Shown here piece by piece: positions 1-12,739 of a stretch of 64,000 bases of DNA. The stretch covers positions 65,350,001-65,414,000 of the forward strand of contig NC_087436.1 in NCBI RefSeq assembly GCF_036321535.1, given 5' to 3'. Source of the stretch: Camelus dromedarius. Lineage: Eukaryota. The stretch's first letter is position 1. The number at the start of each line of letters is the position of its first letter. The translations under genes were made by a program, and so were the position numbers. The notes under the pieces were generated by a model. That model was not told where the DNA came from. It ran no database searches and saw only the letters and a program-made list of their open reading frames with translations.

Positions 1-539
1 AGAATAAACATGGAAGCAAACTTTAAATACTTACACAAAATTTTATATAAATTTAACCAATTGTAACTTGTTATTTCCCCCACCTCCCCCGACCCCTTTC
101 GTCTCTTTCTTTTCCTTTTCCTACTGCTGCTTTGTTTTTCTGGGGGAAAAGATGTAAGTTCTGAATGTGTAAGTTTGCAGGCAACTTAGTTACTTTAGAT
201 GTGTTCAAAGAACTAGTCATCAATGTCACCTATTAGTCACAGCTTACATGAAAGGCCTTAAATGGCAAAACTTAAAGGGCAAATCCAGAAATTTTTTCCA
301 TGTCACAGTTTTATAACATCTAATTGCACATCATGTTTTGAGGGAAATTTTTTATAATGAGATTTGAACAAAATTCATTATGTCTGCCAGACTCTGGGGC
401 TTTTTCACTTACCCCTGAAAAATAACATAAAGAGCAGTCAGAATTATGTTGTACACAGATAAACCAGATAAATGTGTTTGCTTAAAAAAAAAACTGCCAG
501 CATGTTTTTGCACTTAACAGTAAATTCAGATGCACGACC

Positions 540-765
540 CTATCCTATGAGCCAGTGTGTCAGCTGACCTCTTACCAGATCACCAGCCTCATCAGATGTT
601 CCTGTTCCTTCCTCTTCCTCGATCACTGAGCTTCAGCTACACCAGGTGTCTCAGTCCCTTCCACATGTAGAGCTGTTCCTGCCTCAGAGCTTTTACACAT
701 GTTATTTTATCTGCTGGGAATGCTTTTTCCACACTCCTCGCACTTTGCTCTAGGAGTAATTCTGT
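540..765 (+). mobile_element. L2 (LINE2) fragment
   Basis: Degenerate L2-type text (ctgcctcagagcttttacacatgttattttatctgctgggaatgct). Confidence 0.6.
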
Positions 766-1254
766 TCTTGCATTCATAGAACATGTCACAATTTGTAAGT
801 ATGTGTACTGTACGTTTGAGGTCTGTCTCATTATATCAGACCAAATTTGTTTGATCACACAGAGGAAAAAATAAGAATCCACTATCTATGAATGTGTACA
901 TATTTACATTTATATTTATAATTTGTACAAGCACCAGAATTCTAATTTTTTAACCTCTTGAGACAAACAAAATATACTTTTAAAAGATAATCAAAATATA
1001 TATGCAAATAAAGATCTAATATTTTCTTCTCCCATCCCAATAAATTAAATACCCTCTAAGCAAAGTCATACCACTTGGGAGTACTCTGCAATCATTAAAA
1101 GCAAATTCATTTCTGCTTACTCATTATATATATAGTTGCCTCTGTGTCTTACATAAAATAGGAATTCAGTATGATTGTTGAATGCATGCATGAATAAATA
1201 AATTAATGACTCTTTATGCCAAAGCACAGCAATAGGAAGTAAAAAGATGAATAA

Positions 1255-1519
1255 ATAAATAAACCGTGGTACATTCAGACAAAGAAATATCATTCAGTGC
1301 TAAAACGAAATGAGCTATCAAGCCATGAAAAGACAGGAAAGAACCTTAAATGCATGTTATTAAGTGAAAGAAGCCAGTCTGAAAAGGTTACATACTGTAT
1401 AATTCCAACTGTGTGACATTCTGGAAAAGAAAAAAATCAATGGAGTCGGTAAAAATATCAGTGGTTGCCAAACCCTGGGTGGAGAGAGGATGGATAGATG
1501 ACACAGAGGATTTTTAGGG
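1255..1519 (+). mobile_element. Old L1 (L1M) 3' region fragment
   Basis: aaaccgtggtacatt...taagtgaaagaagccagtctgaaaaggttacatactgtataattcc is a typical old L1 3' end. Confidence 0.8.
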
Positions 1520-3228
1520 CTCTTTTGTCAAAGATCAGTTAACTATAATTATGTGGGTCTATTTTGGGGCTCTCTATTCTGTTCCACTGATCTTTTTATA
1601 CTTTCATCAATACCACATAGTAGATTGATAGTCTTGACATCATGTAGTGTCAGTCCTCTGACATTGTTCTTCCTATTCAACACTGTGCTGGTAGTTCTAT
1701 GTCTTTTGCCTTTCTGTATGAATTTTAGAATCAGCTTGTTGATATCTATAAAATAACTTGCTGGGATATTGATTGGAATTGCTCTGATTCTATGAATCAA
1801 GTAAATAACAACTTATATCTTGTCAATACTGAGCCTTCCTATCCATGGACATGGAATATCCCCCATGTATTTAATTCTTTGATATCATTATCATAGTTTT
1901 ATAGTTTTATTCATATAGAGCTTATAAATATTTTCTTAGATTTATACTTAAGTATTTCATTTTATGTGTGCTAATATAAATGGTAATGTGTTTTTAATTT
2001 CAAATTCTGGTTGTTCATTGCTGTTTTAGAAAAGTGATTGACTTTTATGTATTACCTTGTATCAGGATCATACTATAATCACTTGTTAGTTCTAGGACTT
2101 TTTTTTGATTCTTTCAGATTTGCTACGTAGACAGTCATATCATCTACAAAGACATTTTTATTTCTTCCTTATCAATTTATATACATTTCTTGGTCTTATT
2201 ATTACTGTTATTGTATTAGCTAGAACTTCCAGTACAATGTTGAGTGGTGAGAGGAGACATCCTTGCCGTGCTCCTGATCTTAGTGGAAAAGTTACTACTG
2301 TCTCACCATTAAATAAGATATTAGCTGTAAGTTTTATAGATGTTATTTGCCAAATTGAGGAAGTTCCCCTCTATTTCTAGTTTATAGTTTTTATTATGAA
2401 TGGCTTTGGATTTTGTGAAATGCTTTTTTGCATCTACTGATATGATCATGTGATTATCTTCTTTAGCCTGTTGATGTGATGGATTATATTAACTGATTTT
2501 TGTATGTTGAACCAGGCTTGCATACCTGGTATAAATCCTGCTTCCTTGCAGTATGTAATTCTTTTTATATATGTTAGAATCCTTTTGTTAATATTTTCTT
2601 GAGGATTTTTATATGTATGTAACTGAGAGATATTGTTCTGTAGTTTTGTTTTTGTTTTTTATAATGTTTTTGGTTTTGTTATGAGGAAAATGGTGTCCTT
2701 TAAGTTAGAAAATACTCTCCTTGACTCTACCTTCTAGAAGAGATAGATTATGCAGAATTGCTATAATTTCTTCCTCAAAGGTTTGATAGAATTCACTGGT
2801 AAGTCCACATGGGCCTGGTGATTTCTGTTTTGTAAGGTTATTAATTACTGATCAGTGTATTTAATTGATACAGACTTTTTCAGATTGTTACTTTTTATGT
2901 GGATGTTGTGATTATTATCTTCAAGGAGTAAGTCCATTTCATCTAATTTATCAAATTTGTGTGCTGAGTTGTTTATACAATTACTTTATTGTCCTTTTAA
3001 TGTTCATAAAATTTGTAATGATGTCCCCTCTTTCATTTCTGATATTAGTAATTTGTATCTTCCCTCTTTTTTATTAATTTGCCTTGCTAGCAGCTTGTTG
3101 ATTTGACTGATCTTTTTGAAGAATCATCTTTTTATTTTGTGGATTTTTCTCTGTTAATTTTCTGTTTTTAATGTCATTGAGTGCTTCTATATTTTTCTTT
3201 CTTTTGTTACTTTGGATTTGATTTCTAG
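1520..3228 (-). mobile_element. Old L1 ORF2 fragment
   Basis: Minus-strand ORF2-like peptides (IRAIPINIPASYFIDINKLILKFI) with many disablements. Confidence 0.9.
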
Positions 3229-3609
3229 ATCGCATCTTTTATTTAGTGAACCAACCTCTTTCCTTGGGAGGGTGAAAGAAATTTAAGCATGAGCAATGTT
3301 CTCCTAACAAATTTCTAAGGAAAGTAAGTGATGTGTGCCTGTCTTTTAGAAAAAATAGCTTACATTTACAAGTATATTTTTTCAAATTATTTGCAATTTT
3401 TAGCCCATTTCATCAGTTGATTATCAAAAATATGTAGTTAACATACAGTAACAATCAATTTTTCATTTTTTTCAGATAAGGAAACAGGGATTTAATATCA
3501 GATGACAGAGCAAGGATTCTAACACAAAATTTCTAACTTCTACAGCAGAAATCTTCCCAAAGATTGTGCTCTCTTTATTTTGTACAGGAGTATTTTAATA
3601 GTTTATTTT

Positions 3610-4480
3610 AAAAATATTTACAGAATATTAAATATATTCCAGGCATTTTTAAGGCACTGAGGATTCAGTAGTGACTGAAACTACTGAAGATTCATCTCCA
3701 CATATGAGTGATATCATATGGTATTTTTCTCTTTTTCTGGAAAGCCTATATTTTAGTAGGCAAAAAAAAAGATGAAAAAGATGTAAAAAAATATAGTATA
3801 TGAGATCATAACAAGATAATTGCTATGTAGAAGAGCAAGGAAACAGGATTAAGAATCTTGGAAGAGGGGTTGCGAGGCTATGTATGGAGGGATGCCAAAG
3901 TGATATTTGAACAGAAAACTGGATTAAGTGAGGAAGCAAACATATATGTGGAAGAAGATTATTTGCAGCTAAGAGAAAATTACAAAGGCTGTTAGATGGA
4001 AATAGCCTGTTCTTGAATTTCAGGGAGGGCTTTGTGGTCATGTCAAGTTACGGGGCAACAGGGATAATAGGGGAGTAATTACAACTACAGGAGGGAACCA
4101 AGCCAGCTAGATCTTAAATGCCCTAGTAAAAATTTTTATTTCTACTCTAAGTGAAAAGAAAAGCTATTGTTTTGAGCTTGATTTAACTTAATACACAATC
4201 AAGATTAATTAATTTAAAATTTGAGAATAAATTGTAGTAGAGAGGCAAGTACAGAAATACAAAAATTCAAGTTATAAATGATGATGGTTAGGACTAAGGT
4301 AGTATTTTTCCAATTGACAAAAACTAGTGGGATTGTAAATATCTTTTTCAAGATTGAATCAAGTGGAATTGCTGTAAGATTGGACGTTAAATGTAAAAGA
4401 AAACAGAGGAGTCAGGAATACCTCCACCCATTGTTTTTGTCCTGTGTTGAGGAAAGTTGCCATTTATTAAGATGGGAAGA
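3610..4480 (-). mobile_element. L2 fragments, containing a ~50-bp L1 3' sliver near 3692-3740
   Basis: L2-like purine-rich text; the sliver ccacatatgagtgatatcatatggtatttttctc is the reverse complement of the L1 ORF2 end seen at 30600-30645. Confidence 0.6.
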
Positions 4481-4484
4481 AGAA

Positions 4485-4740
4485 ACTATTCTTGTTCTTC
4501 AATATTGCTTTGGTGATTCTGGGTCTTTTGTGATTCCATATAAATTTTAGGATTACTTGTTCTAGTTTTGTAAAAAATGTCATGGGTAATTTGATAGGGA
4601 TTATATTAAAATCTGTAGCATGCCTTGGGCAGTATGACTATTTTAACAATATTGATTCTTCCAATCCAAGAACATGGGTTATCCTTCCATTTCTTTAAGT
4701 AATTAATTTCCTTAATCAGTGTTTTGTAGTTCTCATTTTA
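4485..4740 (-). mobile_element. L1 ORF2 fragment
   Basis: ttccatataaattttaggattacttgttctag...ttcttccaatccaagaacatggg is the reverse complement of L1 ORF2 (cf. 23060-23230). Confidence 0.85.
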
Positions 4741-5857
4741 TAATTAATCTAAATTACCCCAAACATAAAGTAGGAAGCAGTAGGATGGCCCTTATGAATT
4801 AGGAATCAAAACTTAAGATCACTAAACCTAGCTTAGCTTCCAAAAGGGATAAAGTTAATACAAAACCTGAAATATACTTATTTTTACTTGACTAGATTTG
4901 TTGTTGTAAGTTGCATTACTCTTACCAGACTGATACTATACTCTATTTTAAAACTTTATTAATTTACCTCAGCCAATTACTCAAGCATTTTCTGAAAATA
5001 GGTAAGTACTTCCTTTTTCTTCTTCTTCTTCCACATTTTAGAAGTTACACAGCATTAGTTAGAGTCAATGCTGAAAAAGAAATGTGAGAAGATAGAGCAA
5101 AATGATTTCCACTAGCCTTGACAGCTACCAGACAAAGGGTTTGTGAACATGATGGCAGGGTTAAAATTCTGGTATTCAAATTACAGGAGAGTCATTTATT
5201 ATGGATGTATAATATTTGCATGTTATCTTTTGCTCTTATTTCTAAGTCTTAATATCTTCCTTTACTCCAAATACGTAAAATATAAAATGTCCAAATAAAA
5301 TATTATCTTTGACTTACTATGAGGTAAGCATAGTAAGGTATTTCATTTGAACCTCATCTGACTGCTCTTTTATTAGCTATTTAGAAGATCACAGAAAAGA
5401 TTTTAGATCTCATCAAATACTTCTAAACTCTAATGGCATATATCCCTCTAACCAACTTATTCAGTGAGCTACAGTCTAGGCTTTTAAGTTATACAAGTAA
5501 AGAGAGAGCAAAGCTAACATGAGAAGAAACACCTCTGACTGTTTTATTTAAGCTGTTTCGAGTTTTGTACAAAGAAGTAGAGAAGCCAATGTCTGAAAAA
5601 TTTGTGTTGAGATGATTGCAAGTGATGGGTATACACTCATATACTATTTAACTTATAGCCGGACAGGCTTGAAAAGTAATTTTAAAGCTCTAGGCTCTCA
5701 AATTCTACTGGCTTGGGGTTTGCTGTAGATATTTTGTACTGCAATCTTTCCTCTTACATTTCATTTCAAAATATGTTTCAGACGAAGTTACATGTACTTT
5801 CAAAACATAGGTTAAAGATATAAACAAAATTATTGTCTTATTATTTTAAAATGGCTT

Positions 5858-6410
5858 TGTATCAGTCAAGGTTCAACAACAGAGCCAGAACTAACAAGAG
5901 ATATACATCTAAAACTATATCTAATACTATCCATCTCCCTATCTCTCTCCTATTTGTCCTTTTGTTTGTTATGAGACTTTTCACAGGGAACTGACCTATC
6001 AAACTGTGGGTACTAGTGCACCTGTCTTTGCAAGACTGTTGTCTAATCTAATGCTGTACTTCAAGCTCTTAGGACAGGCAATCCACAAGGGAAGGTCATG
6101 AGTAGGGTGAAATCCACATGCATGTGCTTGAATCCCACCAGAATAGGCTGAAACCTTTGTCCTACTCTTCTTTCCAACCTTGGTGAGGAGGATACCCCAT
6201 AGAAGCTGGAGCCAACACATACTGGGCCTGCAAACCAGAGAAGCTCAAATGGAATCCAGGTGTCAAGAGACGCTGCAGGCCTGCTGCTGCTTCACACCAA
6301 ACATCAGCAACCACCTTTATGCACTCAAATAACTTGCTTCCCTTCCATTTTTCACATTTCACAGAAATCTCCCTTGTGACCCACCCAAAGCTGAAATATA
6401 TCTAAAAAAT
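5858..6410 (-). mobile_element. ERVL-type solo LTR (MLT2-like)
   Basis: Begins tgtatcagtcaaggttcaacaacagagccagaactaacaagagatata, resembling the MLT2 terminus. Confidence 0.55.
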
Positions 6411-6684
6411 AGAAATCTAGAATGCTTAGTACAAATTATTAACATGTTATAAAGCTATCAAATCTTATTTAATACTTTTTATTTGAAATGATCAACCATT
6501 AGTACCACTTTCTAGATACCTTGTGTGCATTCAAAAAGAATGGCATAGAAATTTACTGAATATAACTATCAGTAGAAGCAAAAATATAGATACACAAAAA
6601 CATAAATCTTCATATGATTCTTCCCTCAGACTATTTTTTCCCTAGTTTATTGTATCCTATTGTCACATACTTTCTTTGGGAAAT

Positions 6685-7330
6685 CTTTTCCTCAACTTTT
6701 TGTTTTGAAAATTTTCAAACCCACAGAATAGTAGAAAGAATAGTGCAATGAACACAGGTATTCCTTTTACCAAATTTATACTTGGCACTCTCCTTTTATC
6801 ATGCTTTCTTAATTGTATACCTTTCATGACACACACATACTTTCTTGTGCTTGATTTGAGACATGAATTTCTAAGCATCATGATACTTCACCTTAATTAC
6901 TTCACCATGTATCTCATAAGAGGAAAAGACATTCTCTTATAATTGAATTGTCTTATCTATATGCTTTATAAAAGTAGTAATCCGTATTCTAAATCTATAA
7001 TTATAATTATCACCCACTTGAAATTTAACATTATCTATTACTTTTATTTAATGTCGAATCCTTACTAAATACTGCCCAATTATTCCTAAATGTCTCCTAT
7101 GGCTTTATTTCATCTACTTTTTTCCTGGTCTAATAGTCTGTCACAGATCATGCATTTCACTTAATCAATATGTGACTTTGGTCTTTTTTAATATAGAATT
7201 TTTGTCCTGCATTTTTAAAATTCTGTCATGCAAATTTTTAAGAGTGAAGGCCAGTTTTTTTTTTTTCCAGATTTCTCACTTTGGGTTTGTCTGATATTTG
7301 CATTATTTGGGAAAGTACATTATAAGGAGA
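6685..7330 (-). mobile_element. Ancient L1 (L1MC/ME-like) 3' fragment
   Basis: ttttgttttgaaaattttcaaacccacagaa...gaatagtgcaatgaacac motif. Confidence 0.55.
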
Positions 7331-7789
7331 TATTTTTATATGCTGTGAGACATGAGACAAATTGAATTTTTGCTGATGCCCAAGCACATGGAAGTGTTAC
7401 AGAATACGTATCTTGGAAAATGTCTGTCTTAGTCCTCTAGCTATATTTTATTTTTCCCTCTAATACCAGGTTTGCATATGATGACAACAGAATATTTCTG
7501 GCTTTTAGCTATATTGAAAGGTAATCTTTCATGGGTAATATCACTGTTGAGAGATGGCCTTTCCTCAAGTGTGTCATATCCTTTAGTAGTCACATTGAAT
7601 TCAGGAATGGGATGCCTAAAAACAGAAGTATGTCTATGCTCACATTTAAATTTATTGCCTATTATAAGTAAAAAATGAGTAATAAAATCCATCAATTCTA
7701 CTTAACAGATAAGGCAACTAAACTGTAATAAGGTTAAATGCTGTGCAAAAAGAAACATTATTTAAAAAGGAATAAAATATTTAGCATAA

Positions 7790-8030
7790 TTTTTTATTGA
7801 AGTATGGTTTGATTTATGTTAGTTCAGATGTACAGCAAACTGGTTCAGTATTTTTGCTGTTTATACTCCATTATAGGTTACTACAAGATAATGGCTATAA
7901 TTCCCTGTGCTATACAGTATATACTTGTTCCTTATCTACTTTATACATAGTAGTTACAAGTTTGTTTTCTATATCTGTCTGTTTCTGGTTTGCATATATA
8001 TTCTTTTTTGTTATTTTTTAGGTTCCACAT
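7790..8030 (-). mobile_element. L1 3' end fragment
   Basis: ttttattgaagtat...ttccctgtgctatacagta...agttccaca is the reverse complement of the L1 3'UTR at 30640-30965. Confidence 0.85.
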
Positions 8031-11000
8031 TGAAATATCATTAGCATCATCTTTCATAATATGCGTTTTAATTGTATGTTTTAAAGTTTCTAATTTGGAT
8101 GTTAAAGTTTATGAAGTAAAAATTAGTGTGAGGTTACATAAGTGGAATCAAGTGAAAATTAAGCAGCAATATTTGTTTTACTATTGCTGTATCATCTATT
8201 AGGAGGGCCTGGGAGTGAAAAGGAAGGAGTGGTGCTTTTTAAAAAAAAATTAATAATACATCCATATTATATATGTGGATATTGATAGAAAAGGATATTT
8301 TAGATTTAGAATTTTTAAAATCTATCAGTGAACACAGAGTAAAGAAATCTATCAATTTGGGTAGATAGTAAATATTTTGACTTTTAAGAAGATACCTTGT
8401 TTGCAAAGTGGAGAAGACCCTGTTCTACATTAATTTTCAAAGGATCAGATATTTTGCTTTATTTCATTTTAAAGCTGTTTGTTTTTTAATAGGTAATATA
8501 TATGAATATCCTTAAAAATCCCCAAAGTAAAATGTGATATTCTTTTCAAATCCTGTTTTCCAGCCACCTCCTTCTCTTAGAAGCAACCATACACCTGTTT
8601 TTTATACATCGTTCCGGAGATAGTTCTAAGTGTTTGCAATCACATATACCTACACCAAGTGAAATATTTGGATCTGACATAAAAAGGAGACCCAGGATTC
8701 TCTTCTCGTGTCTGCTGGTGCCTATCTTGATTGGTCACCTCTGTCCTGACTCACATCCTTTAAGCTTCACCTATAATTTTAACTGAAGTTTGTAGGGTAT
8801 TTTCTGTGAAATCTTCAATTCACTTCAATCTAGTAACAGCTTGCTTCAAGAATACTGTATCTCTTCAGTTTTGACCTTCTGGGTGTACCTCTTATTTAGG
8901 GAAATAAGCTCAGCAGCAAGAGGACTTATTTTTCATTGTTAGCGCTGACAGAACTCTATTAATACGCCTTCACTTGTGCATTAAGATTATTGTAACCTTG
9001 TTTGTACCCTAGACTGATAAGGTCTAGAGAAAGCTGGTTCACACATTTGTTCTTCCTGGAATCAAAAGCTTTCAAAAAACAAGAAACTTTGTTTCTTGTG
9101 AAACTGTCATCTTAAATATTATTGAAACATGCTAGCAAGTCTCACACAAACTATTACTCTAGTTCAAAGAGAACAAGTAATTTTCATCTATAAAATCTTA
9201 ATGGGGGCATCATTTGACCATTTTCGTGACAAACCTACCTTAGTAAAATTATGACACAAAAGCAGCACTTGATCCTTGAGAAGGAGCAGGGCTTCATGAA
9301 TATTGTATCTATTAGCTTCGCTAGTGTCGTAATTTTTCTTCTCAGTTTATATGAAACAATCGAAACATCTGATACTGATCCAGTACACCTGAAATGTATA
9401 GCATAGAGAGAATGACCATGTAACACTTAAACAATTAAAATGTATGTAAAATGATATTTTTACTCACTGCTTTTTTTCAACTAAAATTGCTTCATGTAGC
9501 AAAAACCTTAATACTTTCTTTTTATCATATACATACACAGAATTTACTTGTCACATGCATTTTCATAAAATACTGTAAATCGACTTTAACTGGATAGGGG
9601 TCTATGTAAAATATCTATACATCTTTTCTAGGTCAGAAAGAAAAAAAGTGCTATACCAAGGAATTTTGACTAAAGATATTATGGAAATGGGTATGGGATT
9701 TGACTGTCTATTAGCTGTGTAGTCAGGACACACCCATGAAATGAAGAATTATGGGGTCTTCAATGGACCATCTAACGGAAATGCAAGTCTACTCTGAAAA
9801 GATCGAGCCTCATGCTAGGCCTATCAGGATTCCTAAAATTAAACTCCAGTTAGCATGAATGTATAATACAAAATTAAAAGTCCTACCTGCTAAAAGCTCT
9901 CTGAGTAAAAGCAGCATTTATAGCTAGATTATAACTATATATAAATTTGTTTTATTGCCAAATGTTTGCTTAGGTTATTTAAACCAGGCTGGAGTATTGA
10001 ATTCCAGCTTTCTTCTCCTTTGTGTGTCTGTCTCTTTTGGAGTTGGGGGTTGAATTTTTTTTCAGCTATTATGATTTGCATTTCTAATTTTCTTCTGTTA
10101 CAGCTTTATATGAAATTTGTTTTGTTCTGTTCAAGCATCTTGTGTACTAGATGGTGAGCTCAGGAGTGCCCTCTTCTGACAAGGTAGTAAACTTATGATA
10201 ATCCTCTTTTCTCACCACCACCAATCAGAACATGTCTTTTTAAAATTGTAATTTCTTCATGATTGTTAATTTTCTTTTTTTCCTTTTGTGCTTTGCGACC
10301 ATATCCCAAGAACACCCCTCCCTATGTATTTATCAGATTCTCTCCCAGAAGCAATTTTACTTCCACTCTGTTCTATCTAGTCCTTGTTTTCAATTCTCAG
10401 TCTTATAGCTGGTGTTAATGACCAACCAAGCTGTGAGCCTGTTTAGTGTTCTGGCATTTACTGTTGACTTTTTTTCCATAGGCTTTCTTTCTCTATCTCC
10501 TCTACCCTCTCCATGCTTTATCTGTGTCTTCCAGACTACTCTCCTCTTTTCATTGTGGTTTTAAAGTCCTTGTTCCTTACTTTCTACTTTCACAGATTTG
10601 CAACAACAGGGGGAGCTCCAGTAAAATTTGGTTATTTTTCTACTAAAAGGTCATTTGATATCTGTGATCTCCATCTTGAAGAAATACTAATGGTAAGTTT
10701 TATATAATGAGTTTTTTTGAGTTCTCTGTGGTAAAAACCTTAGGGTTTACTTTTTGAGGTTTGCCTTCGAAACTGTTAGGGCTGTCTCTTATGAAAAGCA
10801 TTTATACGTATCTGACACTTTTGTTACTATTTTAGGTAAGTATATCCACTGTTTATGACATTCCAGTCTTTTTTTTTTTTTAGCACATTTGAAGACTTCA
10901 TGTCACTCCAGTCCTAAATTTTGCCTCCACAGAGAGTCATTTTCATAAGCTCACAAACTATCTACTATGAAAAACAAGAAAATTTTCCATTTTACACATG

Positions 11001-11766
11001 GTTCCCAAGGCTTCAGTTGCACTGTTGTCTGCAGTTGTTTTGCTCTAATGTATTACGTACCATCTCTACCTTTCCTCCTCCCATTCTCTTGAATTTATTC
11101 CATTTTAGTCAGCAGTTCCCCTATTTAATTGTTTAATGTGAAAACAATACTTAGAAGTATTTTGACCTTGATAACTGCAATAACAAAGTTGATCACTCAC
11201 TCTTCCAATACTTTCTTCACATGGTCTCTGAAGTGGCATAACTACCTCTTTCTTCCCTACTTTATTGACTGCAAGTCTTCAGTTTCCTTTGGTGAATCCT
11301 TCATTTATCCTGACTGCTATTTGCTGGGGTGTTTTCAAATTAAAATTTTAGATATTGTCCCTTTTCCTTGTTTATTGTCTCTCCAAATGGCCACAGAGAA
11401 TGGAGTTATATAAAGGCTAGTTAATGGAGATTTGGCAGAGATAACAAAGATCTGATATCATATGAGGGAAAGTAGTATCTGAATGAGAAGTATGTCAATA
11501 ATGTCAAATGATACAGAACAGATAAATAGAAGGAAAACTGAAGATATTCTATTGAATTTATTAATAAAGAGATCATTAGTAAACTATAGATAAACCCATT
11601 TCAGATGCCAAAGTGTAGGAGACTGTGGAGTAAGAAGGATGTGAGGAAATGAAGGCAGGAAGATATTTCATAAAGCTTGGTTACAAAAAGCACTTAGGAA
11701 CCAGAGAGAATGAAAAATAGAAATACAGATACAGACTGATCTAGAGGCAGAAAGACAGAAGAGAGG

Positions 11767-12048
11767 TGCTATAGACTGAATATTTATGTCCCCCATAATT
11801 CATCTGTTCAAATGCTACCCCCCAATGTTATGATACTAAGAAGGGGAGCCTTGAAAGGTGATTAGGACAAAAGTCTCCATTAATGGAATTAGTGCCCTTT
11901 TAAGAGACCCCAGAGATCTCCCTCACCCTGCTTACAATGTGAGGACACAGTAAGAAGGTGGCTGTCAATGAGGAACAAATGTTTGTTGTTTAACTCACCC
12001 AGTCTATGCAAATTTTGTTTACAAAATTTGTTACAATAGACTGAATAG
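11767..12048 (+). mobile_element. MaLR solo LTR (MLT1A-like)
   Basis: tgctatagactgaatatttatgtcccc...taatggaattagtgccctt...atgtgaggacacag...tttgttacaatagactgaa. Confidence 0.75.
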
Positions 12049-12489
12049 AATTGGAGGAGGGAAGATTTTCCCCAAGATGAAAGGATTTAGAGAATCTGTT
12101 TACATGCAAGCAGTTAGAAAATTCCATTTGGGGTGGAATATGTAGAATACACCATGGAAACTTTAGAAAAGTGGAAGGAAATATATTCCAGAACCCAGAG
12201 GGAACAAGTTGGCTTAGCTGGGATGAGCAAAGGAACAAACTGAAGATGGGTCCAGGTGCCAGTAGATAGGTAAGTTTGTTAGCAGAACATTAATAAATTT
12301 CTCAAGTTATAGCTTCCAGTTCTATTTTATCTAGTATGAGATGATAATATTGCATTAATACCTCTCAGTATTATTCTGTTTAATTTCCAGAAAATATATA
12401 TTTATTACATAGTAAGGGACATATGGGAAGATCATGATAAGTATATTGCCAAAGTGGATTATATTTTTGTCAAAAAAATCAGTATCACG

Positions 12490-12735
12490 TGGATAAGTGT
12501 GCAGACACTAGAACAAGGCTGCTAGGAATGAAATATTAGCCACCTGTCAAACCAATTAGGTGATCTTAGGCAACTTGCTTAATCTCTCTGGGGTTAATTT
12601 CATCACATGTAAAATTAAAATAATGATAATGCCTACTCCATAGGACTCTTATGATTATGAAGTGAATTATCATTTGTACAACTTCTGTTTAGAAGAGTGT
12701 TTGGCAAATAGTAAATACTTATGTGTTTGTTAGTT
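12490..12735 (+). mobile_element. MIR SINE
   Basis: MIR core: gtgatcttaggcaacttgcttaatctctctg...catcacatgtaaaat...taatgcctact. Confidence 0.8.
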
Positions 12736-12739
12736 AAAA

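Noticed and set aside
1255..3228. Opposed L1 fragments as a twin-priming inversion
   Set aside because: The fragments converge rather than diverge and no TSD is visible; independent or later-rearranged old pieces are equally likely.
9887..9923. 37-nt exon candidate with a good donor (cag|gtagga)
   Set aside because: The acceptor lacks a polypyrimidine tract and the segment is too short to evaluate.
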